From Sandarakinorhabdus sp. (GTDB lineage: Bacteria > Pseudomonadota > Alphaproteobacteria > Sphingomonadales > Sphingomonadaceae): 46,496 nucleotides of DNA. The notes under the pieces are model-generated. The model made no database searches and had not been told where the DNA came from. It saw nothing but the letters and a program-made list of their open reading frames with translations. The stretch is from assembly GCF_041689835.1 (NCBI RefSeq), contig NZ_JBDNFM010000103.1, positions 1 to 46,496 of the forward strand. Reading direction: 5' to 3'. Numbering within the stretch: position 1 is the first letter of the stretch; each line of letters opens with the position of its first letter. The position numbers and the translations under genes are program-made. Positions 1 through 9,093 of the stretch are shown here, in pieces.

Positions 1-1
1 A

Positions 2-1522
2 ACCGCAGCCCAGCGCCGCGGAGACGCGGCGGAAACCGCCGCTTTGGTAAAGGGTGGCCGCACCAGTTTCGTTGGCTATCTGTTGCGGTTGGCGGCGCGC
101 TTTCCCTTCCTGTTCATCGCTGGCCGGCTGTACGGCGCCGAAGCGCTGGGCCGCTTTGCCTATGCCACCATGGTTGTCGAACTGGTGGCGATGCTGGCCA
201 CGCTGGGCCTGAAGCGCGGCCTTGCCGAAGACATGACGCGCCGCCCGCACGACGAAGCCGGTGCGTTGATCGATGCGCTGCTGGCCGGGCTGATCGCCTC
301 CCTGATCGGCACGGCGCTGCTGGTGGCGCTGCCGCAGCTGGTGTTTCCGGCCACCCAGCTGCATTCGCTCGATCGCTGGTTTGCGCTGATCATCCCGTTC
401 ATCGCACTGGCCGATATCGCGCTGGCCGGCCTGGCGTTCCACCATGATATTGGCGCGCAGGTGCGGGCGCGATCGATCATCGAGCCTTGGGTGCTGTCGA
501 TCGCCGCGCTGGCGCTGGCCTTCACCGCCTGGAAAAGCGACGGCATGTTGATCGCCTATCTGTTGTCGATGGCGGCCGCCTTTTTTGCGGCCTTGCCTCC
601 GGCATTTCGGCGCTTTGGCTGGCCTCGCGGCTGGCGTTTCGATCCGCTGCGGGTGTGGCGGCTGGTGAAAATCAACGTGCCGCTGGCCGGCGCCGATATC
701 GCCGAGTGGGGCGCGCGCCGGCTGGACATCTTCATTCTTGGCCGTTTTGCCTCGGCCGAAGTCGTGGGGATCTATTTTGTCGCGCAGCAGATCGCCTCGC
801 TGCCGCAGCGGCTGAAATCCAGCTTCGATCCCATCCTTGGCCCGGTGCTCACCCGCAATATCGCTGCTGGCAACATGGCAAAGGCGGCCGGCCATGTCCG
901 GCAGATCAGTTTCTGGGTCGCGGCGGCGCAATTGGGGGTGGTGCTGGCACTGGGCATCCCCGGCCAGGCCATCATGGGCCTGTTCGGTCCGATCTTTGCC
1001 GCCGGGGTGGCAGTGCTGGCGGCGCTGCTCACGGTCGAATTGTTTGCGGCGCAGGCCGCGGTGGCCGAAGGCGGGCTGATCTATGTGGCGCGCGGCGCCA
1101 ATCTGGTGTGGTCCTTGGTCGGGCTGATTGTGCAGGCGGGGCTCTCTCTGGTGCTGGTGCCGATGGACGGTCCATTTGGCGGGGGCGTTGGTGCGGCGCT
1201 GGCGCTGGCAATTGCCGCCCTGCTGCAATCGGTGGGCAAATCGCGGCTGTTGCAGGCGCGGCTGGGCCACAAGGTATCGGGCTGGCGGCCGTCGCTGCTG
1301 CTTGCTGGCATCCCGGCCTTTGGCGTGGGCCTGCTGGCGCTGCGCACACCTGAACCCATCCAGCTGTCGATCGGCTTTTTCGCGATCCTGGGCACTTATG
1401 GCTTCATCATCTGGCGTTTCGGTTTCAAGGGCGCCGATCGCCTGCTGTTCACGCGCGGCCTGAAAAAGATCGAGGACGAAGCTGCCAGCCTGCCGCTGGC
1501 GCCCTCGCTCGACAAGCTTTAG
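2..1522 (+). CDS. Polysaccharide biosynthesis / oligosaccharide flippase (Wzx/MOP superfamily), probably 5'-truncated
   Basis: Highly hydrophobic multi-TM protein with 'RLYGAEALGRF', 'RLDIFILGRF' and 'VGIYFVAQQIA' MOP-like motifs. The frame is open from base 2, so the true start may lie outside the window (track start TTG at 44). Confidence 0.75.
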   Translation, partial: TAAQRRGDAAETAALVKGGRTSFVGYLLRLAARFPFLFIAGRLYGAEALGRFAYATMVVELVAMLATLGLKRGLAEDMTRRPHDEAGALIDALLAGLIASLIGTALLVALPQLVFPATQLHSLDRWFALIIPFIALADIALAGLAFHHDIGAQVRARSIIEPWVLSIAALALAFTAWKSDGMLIAYLLSMAAAFFAALPPAFRRFGWPRGWRFDPLRVWRLVKINVPLAGADIAEWGARRLDIFILGRFASAEVVGIYFVAQQIASLPQRLKSSFDPILGPVLTRNIAAGNMAKAAGHVRQISFWVAAAQLGVVLALGIPGQAIMGLFGPIFAAGVAVLAALLTVELFAAQAAVAEGGLIYVARGANLVWSLVGLIVQAGLSLVLVPMDGPFGGGVGAALALAIAALLQSVGKSRLLQARLGHKVSGWRPSLLLAGIPAFGVGLLALRTPEPIQLSIGFFAILGTYGFIIWRFGFKGADRLLFTRGLKKIEDEAASLPLAPSLDKL

Positions 1523-1977
1523 CCGGGCAATTTCACCCAGCCTGGCAGGCTGGGATCGGCATCGGCGGATGTCACCGGCCCTTCGCCGATGATCTGCACG
1601 ATCACTGTGTCGTCGCTGTTTGAACCATCCCAGTGCACGCCGCCGGCGGGGTGGAACATGTAACTGCCGGCATGCAGCGCGTTGGCCTTGTCGGGCGCGA
1701 AATCCGGCCCGGTGCCAGCAAACCAGCGGCCTTGCAGCACCGTCACATGGCGATCACGGCTGTGATAATGCGGCCGATCCATCACGTGCGGCGGGAATTT
1801 CACCCGGATAACATAGGTGCCGGGCTGCGATGGATTGCCGGCAATCAGCGCGCTTTGGGCGCCGTGACCGTTTGGCACCGGCCGCCACTGGACCGCTTCG
1901 GCTGGCACGGTGCGAAACCCCGCGGCCTGGGCGGCGGCTGCACTGGCGAGCCCCGCCGCCATCAATAATACGCGCAT
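1519..1977 (-). CDS. Exported cupin-domain protein (DUF4437-like)
   Basis: ATG at 1977 after GGGGGA SD. Signal-peptide-like N-terminus (MRVLLMAAGLASAAAAQA) and cupin His motifs 'PHYH' and 'HPAGGVH'. Confidence 0.75.
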   Translation of the reverse strand: MRVLLMAAGLASAAAAQAAGFRTVPAEAVQWRPVPNGHGAQSALIAGNPSQPGTYVIRVKFPPHVMDRPHYHSRDRHVTVLQGRWFAGTGPDFAPDKANALHAGSYMFHPAGGVHWDGSNSDDTVIVQIIGEGPVTSADADPSLPGWVKLPG

Positions 1978-1987
1978 GTATTTCCCC

Positions 1988-2197
1988 CTACAGGCCCGGC
2001 GGCGGGTTGCCGAAGGCGTTTCCGTCGATCGCCGCGCCGGGCGTTCCGGCAACCACGGCGGCATAAAGCGCGGCGCCCAGCGGCGTTCCCGCGATGAGCC
2101 AGTCGGCCGCCATCGCCGCCACCGGAGCCGCCATCACCGCAGTGATGCGCGCCTGGGTGCCCAGCCAGTCGTGTGCTGTTGCTGCTCGTGTCGCCAT
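1988..2197 (-). CDS. Small hydrophobic hypothetical protein (69 aa)
   Basis: ATG at 2197 with a G9 tract 11 nt upstream. Ends 10 nt before the cupin start and fills an otherwise empty gap. No recognisable motif. Confidence 0.4.
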   Translation of the reverse strand: MATRAATAHDWLGTQARITAVMAAPVAAMAADWLIAGTPLGAALYAAVVAGTPGAAIDGNAFGNPPPGL

Positions 2198-2330
2198 GAT
2201 CGTCCGTTCCCCCCCCCAGTGAACAGGGAAAATGTTATCACGGATGCGCGCGGCGTCCATCATTTCGCCAGCTAGGCGGGCGGGCAGGGCTGGGCCAGTT
2301 TCGCCGGCCACACAGAACGGGAGATTGAGC

Positions 2331-2621
2331 ATGATCGGCGTGATCGCAACACTGAAGATCCAGGACGGCAAGGCCGCGGATTTCGAAGCGGTGTTCCGCA
2401 CCCTTTCGGCCGCGGTGCGCGCGCAGGAGCCGGGTAATATCTGTTACCAGCTCACCCGCTCCAAGGCGGACCCGCTCCTGTACAAGGTGCTGGAAGTTTA
2501 TGCCGATGGCGATGCATTGAAAGCCCACGGCGCCAGCGACCATTTCAAGGCTGCCGGCCCGGGCCTTGGTGCCTGCCTGGCCGGCAAGCCCGAGATCGAA
2601 TATCTGGACGGGGTGGCCTGA
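2331..2621 (+). CDS. Antibiotic biosynthesis monooxygenase (ABM) / putative quinol monooxygenase
   Basis: GGGAG SD then ATG at 2331. '[14 protein letters not shown]...EPGNICYQL...VLEVY...HGASDHF' is the typical ABM pattern. Confidence 0.85.
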   Translation: MIGVIATLKIQDGKAADFEAVFRTLSAAVRAQEPGNICYQLTRSKADPLLYKVLEVYADGDALKAHGASDHFKAAGPGLGACLAGKPEIEYLDGVA

Positions 2622-2649
2622 ACCGCCCCGCCCCATTTAGAGCAACGCC

Positions 2650-3912
2650 TTAGAGTGCTGCCTTCAAGGCGCCCGTCAGTGCTGGGGCGAGGTCGGTCTT
2701 TTCCCAGCTGAAACCGCCATCGGCATCCGGCGCGCGGCCGAAATGGCCATAAGCGGCCGAACGCTGGTAAATCGGGCGGTTGAGGCCCAATTGCGTGCGG
2801 ATGCCGCGCGGTGTGAGGGCAAAGCCCAACTCGCCGGCATCCGCCAGCACGGCTTCGACAGCAGCTTCGGCCACGGTACCGGTGCCGTGCAGATCGACGT
2901 GGATCGACAGCGGCGCGGCCACGCCGATGGCATAGCTCAGCTGGATGGTGCAGCGCTTGGCCAGGCCGGCCGCGACGATGTTCTTGGCGAGATAGCGGCA
3001 CACGTAGGCGGCCGAACGATCAACCTTGGTCGGGTCCTTGCCGCTGAAGGCGCCGCCGCCGTGGGGGGCCGCGCCGCCATAGGTATCGACGATGATCTTG
3101 CGCCCCGTCACGCCGGCATCGCCATCAGGGCCGCCAATTTCGAACTTGCCGGTGGGATTGAGGTGAACCACGGTATCGGCGGTGATGAAACCGGCCGGCA
3201 GCACATCATGCAGCACGCCCATCACATAATCTTGCAGCTGCGCGAACTTGGCGTCGTCACCGCCGCTCGCGCCGTCCTTTTCCCATGGCTTGCAATAATC
3301 GGCTGCGTGCTGAGTGGAAACCACGATGGCCACGGCGGCCACCGGCAATTCGTTCTCATAACGCAGGGTCACCTGGCTTTTCGCATCAGGCTGAAGGAAC
3401 GGGGCGACGCCGCTGTGGCGATCGGCGGCCATCCGGGCGAGGATATTGTGCGAATAATACAGCGTGGCCGGCATCAGATCCGGGGTTTCATCGGTGGCGT
3501 AACCAAACATGATGCCCTGGTCGCCGGCGCCTTCGTCCTTGTTGCCGCTGGCATCGACGCCTTGCGCGATGTCGGATGATTGCGGGTGCAGGTGGTTTTC
3601 AAAGGTCAGGTTCTGCCAGTGGAAGCCTGATTGTTCGTAACCGATGCGCCTTACGGTTTCGCGCACGGCGTGCTGGATTTCTTCCTGCGCGCCCGGCTCC
3701 CAATTGCCGTCAACATCGATCATGCCGCGGCCGCGCACTTCACCGGCCAGCACAACCCGGTTGGTGGTGGTGAGTGTTTCGCAGGCGACGCGGGCTTCGG
3801 CATCCTTGGTGAGGAACAGATCGACGACGGCATCGGAAATCTGGTCTGCCACCTTGTCGGGATGGCCTTCGGAAACCGATTCCGACGTGAAGATGAAGCT
3901 GGTGCGAGTCAT
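2650..3912 (-). CDS. metK: S-adenosylmethionine synthetase
   Basis: '[13 protein letters not shown]', 'GAGDQG', '[16 protein letters not shown]' and 'AAYGHFGR' signatures. Start reassigned to ATG 3912. Confidence 0.98.
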   Translation of the reverse strand: MTRTSFIFTSESVSEGHPDKVADQISDAVVDLFLTKDAEARVACETLTTTNRVVLAGEVRGRGMIDVDGNWEPGAQEEIQHAVRETVRRIGYEQSGFHWQNLTFENHLHPQSSDIAQGVDASGNKDEGAGDQGIMFGYATDETPDLMPATLYYSHNILARMAADRHSGVAPFLQPDAKSQVTLRYENELPVAAVAIVVSTQHAADYCKPWEKDGASGGDDAKFAQLQDYVMGVLHDVLPAGFITADTVVHLNPTGKFEIGGPDGDAGVTGRKIIVDTYGGAAPHGGGAFSGKDPTKVDRSAAYVCRYLAKNIVAAGLAKRCTIQLSYAIGVAAPLSIHVDLHGTGTVAEAAVEAVLADAGELGFALTPRGIRTQLGLNRPIYQRSAAYGHFGRAPDADGGFSWEKTDLAPALTGALKAAL

Positions 3913-3945
3913 GGCAAGGGGGCTCTCGACGTGATGGGACGCATT

Positions 3946-3974
3946 GTCATACCCACGGCGGCCTGCCCGTGCAA
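3946..3974 (-). promoter_or_regulatory. Putative sigma70 promoter of metK (TTGCAC-N17-TATGAC)
   Basis: On the minus strand, TTGCAC (3974-3969), a 17-nt spacer and TATGAC (3951-3946) lie ~35 nt upstream of the metK ATG. Confidence 0.55.
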
Positions 3975-3979
3975 GTCGC

Positions 3980-3995
3980 ATAACGACATCTTTAT
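3980..3995. promoter_or_regulatory. Putative SahR-type operator (ATAAAG-N4-CTTTAT near-palindrome)
   Basis: ATAACG-ACAT-CTTTAT is an AT-rich near-palindrome (one mismatch) 5 nt upstream of the metK -35. It resembles the alphaproteobacterial SahR motif as I recall it. Confidence 0.6.
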
Positions 3996-4013
3996 ATCAT
4001 TAACCGTTCGGTT

Positions 4014-5756
4014 TCACACCGTGATGGTGCGCATCGGCCGCGGCGGCGGCAGTGGCCGGCGGCGTTCCACCAGCAGCGCGGCCAGCGCGATCAGCGCCGC
4101 CAACACTGCCACCGGATACAGGCCCAGCCGCGCGAACAGGCTTTCGGGTTGCGGAGGCGGCAGGCTGGTGACGATGGTGCCGGTTTCGCCTTGGGCCAGC
4201 GAGGCGCGCACCCGGCCAAAGCCATCGATCACCGCGCTGATCCCGGTGGGGGTGGCGCGGGCAACGGGCAGGCGTTCCTCGATGGCGCGCAGCCGGGATT
4301 GGGCCAGGTGCTGCGGCGGCCCCCACGCGCCGAACCACGCATCGTTCGAAACGTTGGCGATCCAGCCCGGCCGGTTGCCGCGATCGGCCACTGCCTGCGG
4401 GAAGGCGATTTCGTAACAGATCATCGGCGACACACTGGAAAAGCCCGGCAGCGCCAGGGTGCGCGGCCCGGGGCCGGCAGCAAAATCGAAATCGCCGGGC
4501 ACCAGCCGGGCAATGCCCAGTGGTTCCAGCCATTCGCGCCACGGCACATATTCGCCCAGCGGCACCAGATGCGCCTTGTCGAAGCGGGCAACGATGCGGC
4601 CCCCGTTTGCGCCACCACTGCCCGAAATGGCAAACAGGCTGTTGGCATAGCGCGTGCTGCCATCGGCCAAGCGGCGCACGCCGGTGCCGCCGGCCAGCAG
4701 CAGATCGCCGCTGCCGATGGACTGTGAAATGCGGGCCAGCGCTGCGGGATCGATTTCCACCAGATCGTCGATGGCGCCTTCAGGCCACAGGATCAGCGTG
4801 GGCTTGCGCGGCAACAGCGCCGCGCCGCCGCCGGCCTGTTCGGGTGTTGGCGCAGACAATCCGGGGGCGATCTGGTTGCGCATCTCGCCGGTCACGCGTT
4901 CGGCGCTGGGCGGCAGCGGCGAGACGACGCCTTCAATTTCGGCGAGGGCGCGGCGCGCCAGTTCGGCATTCTCCAGCACCGGCCGCCCGGCTTGCGCTGC
5001 TTCGTTCAGCCCGGCGCGGGTCAGCCTGATATAGGCCGCGAGATGTCGTTCGGCGGCGCCCGCGTCATAGCGCTCGCCCTGCCCGATGCCGGGCTGCACG
5101 ATCACCAGCGGTGTGCCGATGAAATCGTTTTCGCTGATCATGCTGCTGCCCAACAGGGCGAGTGCGCCGGTGCTGGCCAGCACTCCGGCGCCGGCAATCC
5201 GCCACCAGCCGGCCCCGCGCGCCAGCCACAGCAGCGCCGCCGCGCACGCCAGCGCCAGCATCGAAAGCCCGGTGCCGCCCACCACCGATGCCATCTGCGC
5301 CACCGGCGTTTCCAGCCAGATCGCCCCCGCCGGATTCCACGCAAACCCGGTGAGCACGGTGCCGCGCAGCCATTCCGCCAGCGGCCACAGCGCCAGCAAC
5401 CACAGCGCCCTTGCCCCCGGCTTTGTGGCCAGACGCGCCGCCAGCCCGGCCGGCAGCGCCACATACAGCGCCAGAAACAGCGACAGGCCGATCACCGCGG
5501 CCCAGCCAAGTTGTGCCGGCATCTTGGCCTGGAAGGTGAAAGCCGTGGCGATCCAGTTCAGCGACACTGCGAACATGCCGGTGCCAAACAGCCAGCCGTG
5601 CAGCGCCGCCTGCCGTGCGCGCGCGGCGCCGGTCACCAGATGCACCAGCACCATCAGGCCAACGAGGCCCAGTGGCCACAGGTTCAGCGGCGCAAAGGCC
5701 AGTGCGGTAATGGCGCCGGCGGCAAGCGCGGCGATCAGACGGAGAGGACCCTGCAT
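4014..5756 (-). CDS. lnt: Apolipoprotein N-acyltransferase
   Basis: N-terminal TMs, 'EWLRG..LTGFAW', and nitrilase triad E (WPEG), K (FDKAHLVPLGEYVP), C (ICYE), plus 'NDAWFG'. lnt-metK synteny. Confidence 0.96.
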   Translation of the reverse strand: MQGPLRLIAALAAGAITALAFAPLNLWPLGLVGLMVLVHLVTGAARARQAALHGWLFGTGMFAVSLNWIATAFTFQAKMPAQLGWAAVIGLSLFLALYVALPAGLAARLATKPGARALWLLALWPLAEWLRGTVLTGFAWNPAGAIWLETPVAQMASVVGGTGLSMLALACAAALLWLARGAGWWRIAGAGVLASTGALALLGSSMISENDFIGTPLVIVQPGIGQGERYDAGAAERHLAAYIRLTRAGLNEAAQAGRPVLENAELARRALAEIEGVVSPLPPSAERVTGEMRNQIAPGLSAPTPEQAGGGAALLPRKPTLILWPEGAIDDLVEIDPAALARISQSIGSGDLLLAGGTGVRRLADGSTRYANSLFAISGSGGANGGRIVARFDKAHLVPLGEYVPWREWLEPLGIARLVPGDFDFAAGPGPRTLALPGFSSVSPMICYEIAFPQAVADRGNRPGWIANVSNDAWFGAWGPPQHLAQSRLRAIEERLPVARATPTGISAVIDGFGRVRASLAQGETGTIVTSLPPPQPESLFARLGLYPVAVLAALIALAALLVERRRPLPPPRPMRTITV

Positions 5757-5884
5757 GGTTGCCGCTGGTAGCCGGCCGCAAATGCCATGACCAGTGGCCT
5801 TTTGATGACGGCGCGCCAAGCACAAGGGCGCGCCTGCAATTGGGGAGTGGCAGCCATCGCCGCGCCGTGCCACACAGACCGGCG

Positions 5885-6745
5885 ATGGCTGCCCGACCTC
5901 CCGCCGGGCCTCCGCCCCCACCGCCGCCAGAACTGGCCCCGGAACTGACCCCGGAACTGGCCCCGGAACTGGCCCCGGAACTGGCCCCGGCCCTCAACAT
6001 GTATGGCGTCACCTTGGCGCTTGGCGGCCGCCCGGTGCTGGCCGGCATTGATCTGGCCGTGCCGCAGGGGCAATTCGTGGCGCTGGTCGGCGCTTCGGGG
6101 GCGGGCAAATCCAGCTTGCTGCGTTTGATCAACCGGATGCTGCAACCCGATGCCGGGCACATCGAGGTGCACGGCGCCGCCATTGCCGGGCTTGATCCGC
6201 AGCCGCTGCGGCGCGGTATCGGCTATGCGGTGCAGGGCGGCGGGCTGTTTCCGCACTGGACGGTGGCCGACAACATCGCGGCCGTGCCATGGCTGCTGGG
6301 CTGGCCCAAACCACAGCGCATGGCACGGGCTGCCGAACTGATGGCCATGCTGGAATTGCCGCTGCATCTGGCGGGGCGCTTTCCGGGCGAATTGTCGGGC
6401 GGGCAGGCCAGCCGGGTAGGGCTGGCGCGGGCGCTGGCGGCCAGCCCGCGGCTGCTGTTGCTCGATGAACCGTTTGGCGCGCTTGATCCCGATACCCGCG
6501 ACGAGCTTGGGACCCGCCTGCTGGCGCTGCACCGGGCGCAGGGGCTGACCACGCTGCTGGTTACCCACGATCTGGCCGATGCGCTGCTGCGCGCCGATGT
6601 GATGGTGGTGCTGGATGCCGGCCGCATCGCGGTGTGCGGGCCGCCGGCCGTGGTGGCAGCCAATCCGCATCCCGCCGTGCAGGCGTTGGTAGCGACTCCG
6701 CTGGCGCAGGCGCGGGCGCTGGCGGGTATGGGGCCCGCCGGATGA
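5885..6745 (+). CDS. ABC transporter ATP-binding subunit, osmoprotectant/betaine (OpuA/ProV-like) family
   Basis: Walker A GASGAGKS, 'LRLINRM', LSGGQ signature, 'LLLDEPFGALD', H-loop 'VTHD'. Start uncertain (ATG 5885 or 5999). Confidence 0.9.
   Translation: MAARPPAGPPPPPPPELAPELTPELAPELAPELAPALNMYGVTLALGGRPVLAGIDLAVPQGQFVALVGASGAGKSSLLRLINRMLQPDAGHIEVHGAAIAGLDPQPLRRGIGYAVQGGGLFPHWTVADNIAAVPWLLGWPKPQRMARAAELMAMLELPLHLAGRFPGELSGGQASRVGLARALAASPRLLLLDEPFGALDPDTRDELGTRLLALHRAQGLTTLLVTHDLADALLRADVMVVLDAGRIAVCGPPAVVAANPHPAVQALVATPLAQARALAGMGPAG
5927..5986 (+). repeat. Five tandem copies of 12-bp CCGGAACTGGCC (encodes PELA x5)
   Basis: ccagaactggcc ccggaactgacc ccggaactggcc ccggaactggcc ccggaactggcc, read directly. 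Confidence 0.95.
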
Positions 6746-8274
6746 TCGCTGGCTGGGAAACCCTGCCGTCGGCACTGGCGGCGCATCTGGCGATCAGCGC
6801 CGCAGCGTTGGCGCTGGCATTGCTGGTGGCGACCCCGCTGGTGCTGCTGATGCCGGGCCGGCCGCTGCTGCGGCGCACGGTGATGGGCCTGGCCAGCGTG
6901 GTGCAGACCGTGCCGGCGCTGGCGCTGTTGGCGTTGTTCTTCCCGCTGCTGGTGCTGCTGCGCAACGTCACCGGGCTGCCGGTGCCGTCGCTGGGGCTGC
7001 TGCCGTCGCTGCTGGCGCTGGCGCTGTATGCGCTGCTGCCGCTGATGCGCGGCGGGGCGGGCGGGCTGGCCGCTGTGCCCGACAGCGTGCGCGATGCCGC
7101 CCGCGCCATCGGCATGAGCGCCAGCCAGCGCCTGTTCCATGTCGAACTGTCGTTTGCGGCGCCGGTGGGGATGGGCGGCGTGCGCACGGCGGCGGTGTGG
7201 ACCATCGGCGCCGCCACGCTGGCCACCATGGTCGGGCAGGAAAGCCTGGGCGATTTGATCTTTGCCGGGCTGCAATTGCAGGATTGGCGGCAGGTGCTGC
7301 TGGGCTGTGTGGCGGCGGCGGCGCTGGCCTTGGTCGTCGATGGCGCGCTGGGGTGGTGCCAGGCCGGCATCGCGCAGCGGCGTTGGGCTCCGGCAGCCAA
7401 GGGCCTGGTGCTGCTGGCGCTGCTGGGTGTCGGCGTGGCCGGCTGGTGGCTGCACAGCCGCCCGGCCACCGCCGCGCGCCCGGTTTTGATCGGCACCAAG
7501 ACGTTTTCCGAACAATATATCCTGGCCGAACTGATCGCGGCCGATCTGCGTGCCGCCGGCCAGCCCACGGGCGTGCGATCCGGCCTCGGTTCGGGCATCG
7601 CTTTCCAAAGCCTGGCGGCGGGCGGCATCGATATTGCCATCGATTACAGCGGCACCTTGTGGACCCAGGCGCTTGGGCGCACCGACGTGGTGCCGCGCGC
7701 CGAGATGTTGCGGATCATCACGCAGCAGCTCAAGTCGCGGTACGGCGTGACGGTGGCGGCGCGGCTGGGCTTTGAAAATGCCTATGCGCTGGCGATGCGG
7801 CGCGCCGACGCCCAGCGGCTGGGGGTGCGGACCATTTCCGACCTGGCGCGCGTGTCGCGCCGGCTGCGGCTGGCCACCGATTTGGAGTTCCAGTCACGCA
7901 GCGAATGGGCGGGGCTGCGGCGCAGTTACGGCCTTGAATTCGCTTCGATCCGGCCGTTCACGCCAGTTTTGATGGCGGCCGCCCTTAACGACGGCGCCGC
8001 CGACGTGATCACCGCCTACAGCAGCGATGGCGCGCTGGCGGGGGCGGATATTGTGCTGCTCACTGATGATCGCAGCGCGCTGCCGGCCTATGATGCGATG
8101 CTGCTGGTGGCACCGGGCCGTGATGATCTGGTGCGCCGGCTGGCACGCTATGAAGGCCGCATTCCGGTGGATGCGATGCGCGTTGCCAACTGGCAGGCCG
8201 ATCGCCCCACGGGCAAGCGCAGCCCGGCGCAGGCCGCGCGCTGGCTGGCCAGGGAAACAGGGTTGCAACCATGA
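6742..8274 (+). CDS. ABC transporter fused permease + substrate-binding protein (OpuBB/OpuC/EgtU-like)
   Basis: ATGA overlap with the ATPase. Permease motifs 'VQTVPALALL' and 'DAARAIGMS', then SBP motifs 'IGTKTFSEQYIL', 'DYSGT' and 'LGFENAYAL'. Confidence 0.9.
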   Translation: MIAGWETLPSALAAHLAISAAALALALLVATPLVLLMPGRPLLRRTVMGLASVVQTVPALALLALFFPLLVLLRNVTGLPVPSLGLLPSLLALALYALLPLMRGGAGGLAAVPDSVRDAARAIGMSASQRLFHVELSFAAPVGMGGVRTAAVWTIGAATLATMVGQESLGDLIFAGLQLQDWRQVLLGCVAAAALALVVDGALGWCQAGIAQRRWAPAAKGLVLLALLGVGVAGWWLHSRPATAARPVLIGTKTFSEQYILAELIAADLRAAGQPTGVRSGLGSGIAFQSLAAGGIDIAIDYSGTLWTQALGRTDVVPRAEMLRIITQQLKSRYGVTVAARLGFENAYALAMRRADAQRLGVRTISDLARVSRRLRLATDLEFQSRSEWAGLRRSYGLEFASIRPFTPVLMAAALNDGAADVITAYSSDGALAGADIVLLTDDRSALPAYDAMLLVAPGRDDLVRRLARYEGRIPVDAMRVANWQADRPTGKRSPAQAARWLARETGLQP

Positions 8275-9077
8275 TCAGGCTGCTGGCCCGCTTGGCTGTG
8301 CTGCTGGCGCTGCCGGCGGCGGCCCAGCCGGTGCCCACCGCATCCACCGCCGATGCGCCGATCTGCACCGATCGCCCCACCAAATCCAATTTCGCCTGCA
8401 CCGTGCCCAAGGGCTTGGTGCAGATCGAGGCCGATGCCTTGGCCTGGATCAGCACGCGGGCCGGGGCTGCGCGTACCGATCAACTGTTGTTCAGCAATCC
8501 CACCCTCAAATTCGGCCTGACCAGCCGCAGCGACATTCAACTGAACTGGGTGCCCTACACGCGGGTGCGCAGCCGCGATGCCGCCGGAAAGGTGACGACA
8601 GCAGCGGGCGTGGGCGATCTCAGGGTGCGGTTCAAGCAGCGGTTGACCGCCAGTGACGGCGCGTTCCAGCTGGCGCTGCTGCCGTTCGTCAAACTGCCCA
8701 CTGCGCGGGCCGGCGTCGGCAACGCCCGCGTCGAAGGCGGCATCGCCGTGCCGGTGAATATCAGCGTGCCGGGCGGCTGGACGGTCACGCTGGGGCCGCA
8801 GCTTGATGTGCTGGCCGATGCCGACGGGCGCGGCCATCACGCCGGGCTGACCGGGCTGGTGAATATCGCCCGCCAGTTCGGAGTCTTCACGCTGTACAAC
8901 GAAATCTGGGCCAGCCGGGATTTCGATCCCGCCGGCAGCGTGCGCCAGTACAGTTATGATGTGTCGCTGGCCTGGTTGGCGAACCCGGTGCTGCAACTGG
9001 ACATTGGCGCCAACATCGGTCTCACTCGCGATACGCCGGATCTGGTGGCCTATGTGGGCGTTTCCAGCCGGTTCTGA
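8271..9077 (+). CDS. Outer-membrane beta-barrel channel (MetA-pathway-of-phenol-degradation / COG4313-like)
   Basis: Signal peptide, 'ICTDRPTK..CTVPKG..QIE' N-terminus, 'GVGDL...K', 'PFVKLPT', alternating beta-strands and C-terminal Phe (YVGVSSRF). ATGA overlap with the upstream gene. Confidence 0.75.
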   Translation: MIRLLARLAVLLALPAAAQPVPTASTADAPICTDRPTKSNFACTVPKGLVQIEADALAWISTRAGAARTDQLLFSNPTLKFGLTSRSDIQLNWVPYTRVRSRDAAGKVTTAAGVGDLRVRFKQRLTASDGAFQLALLPFVKLPTARAGVGNARVEGGIAVPVNISVPGGWTVTLGPQLDVLADADGRGHHAGLTGLVNIARQFGVFTLYNEIWASRDFDPAGSVRQYSYDVSLAWLANPVLQLDIGANIGLTRDTPDLVAYVGVSSRF

Positions 9078-9093
9078 AGAAGGAAGGCCGCCA

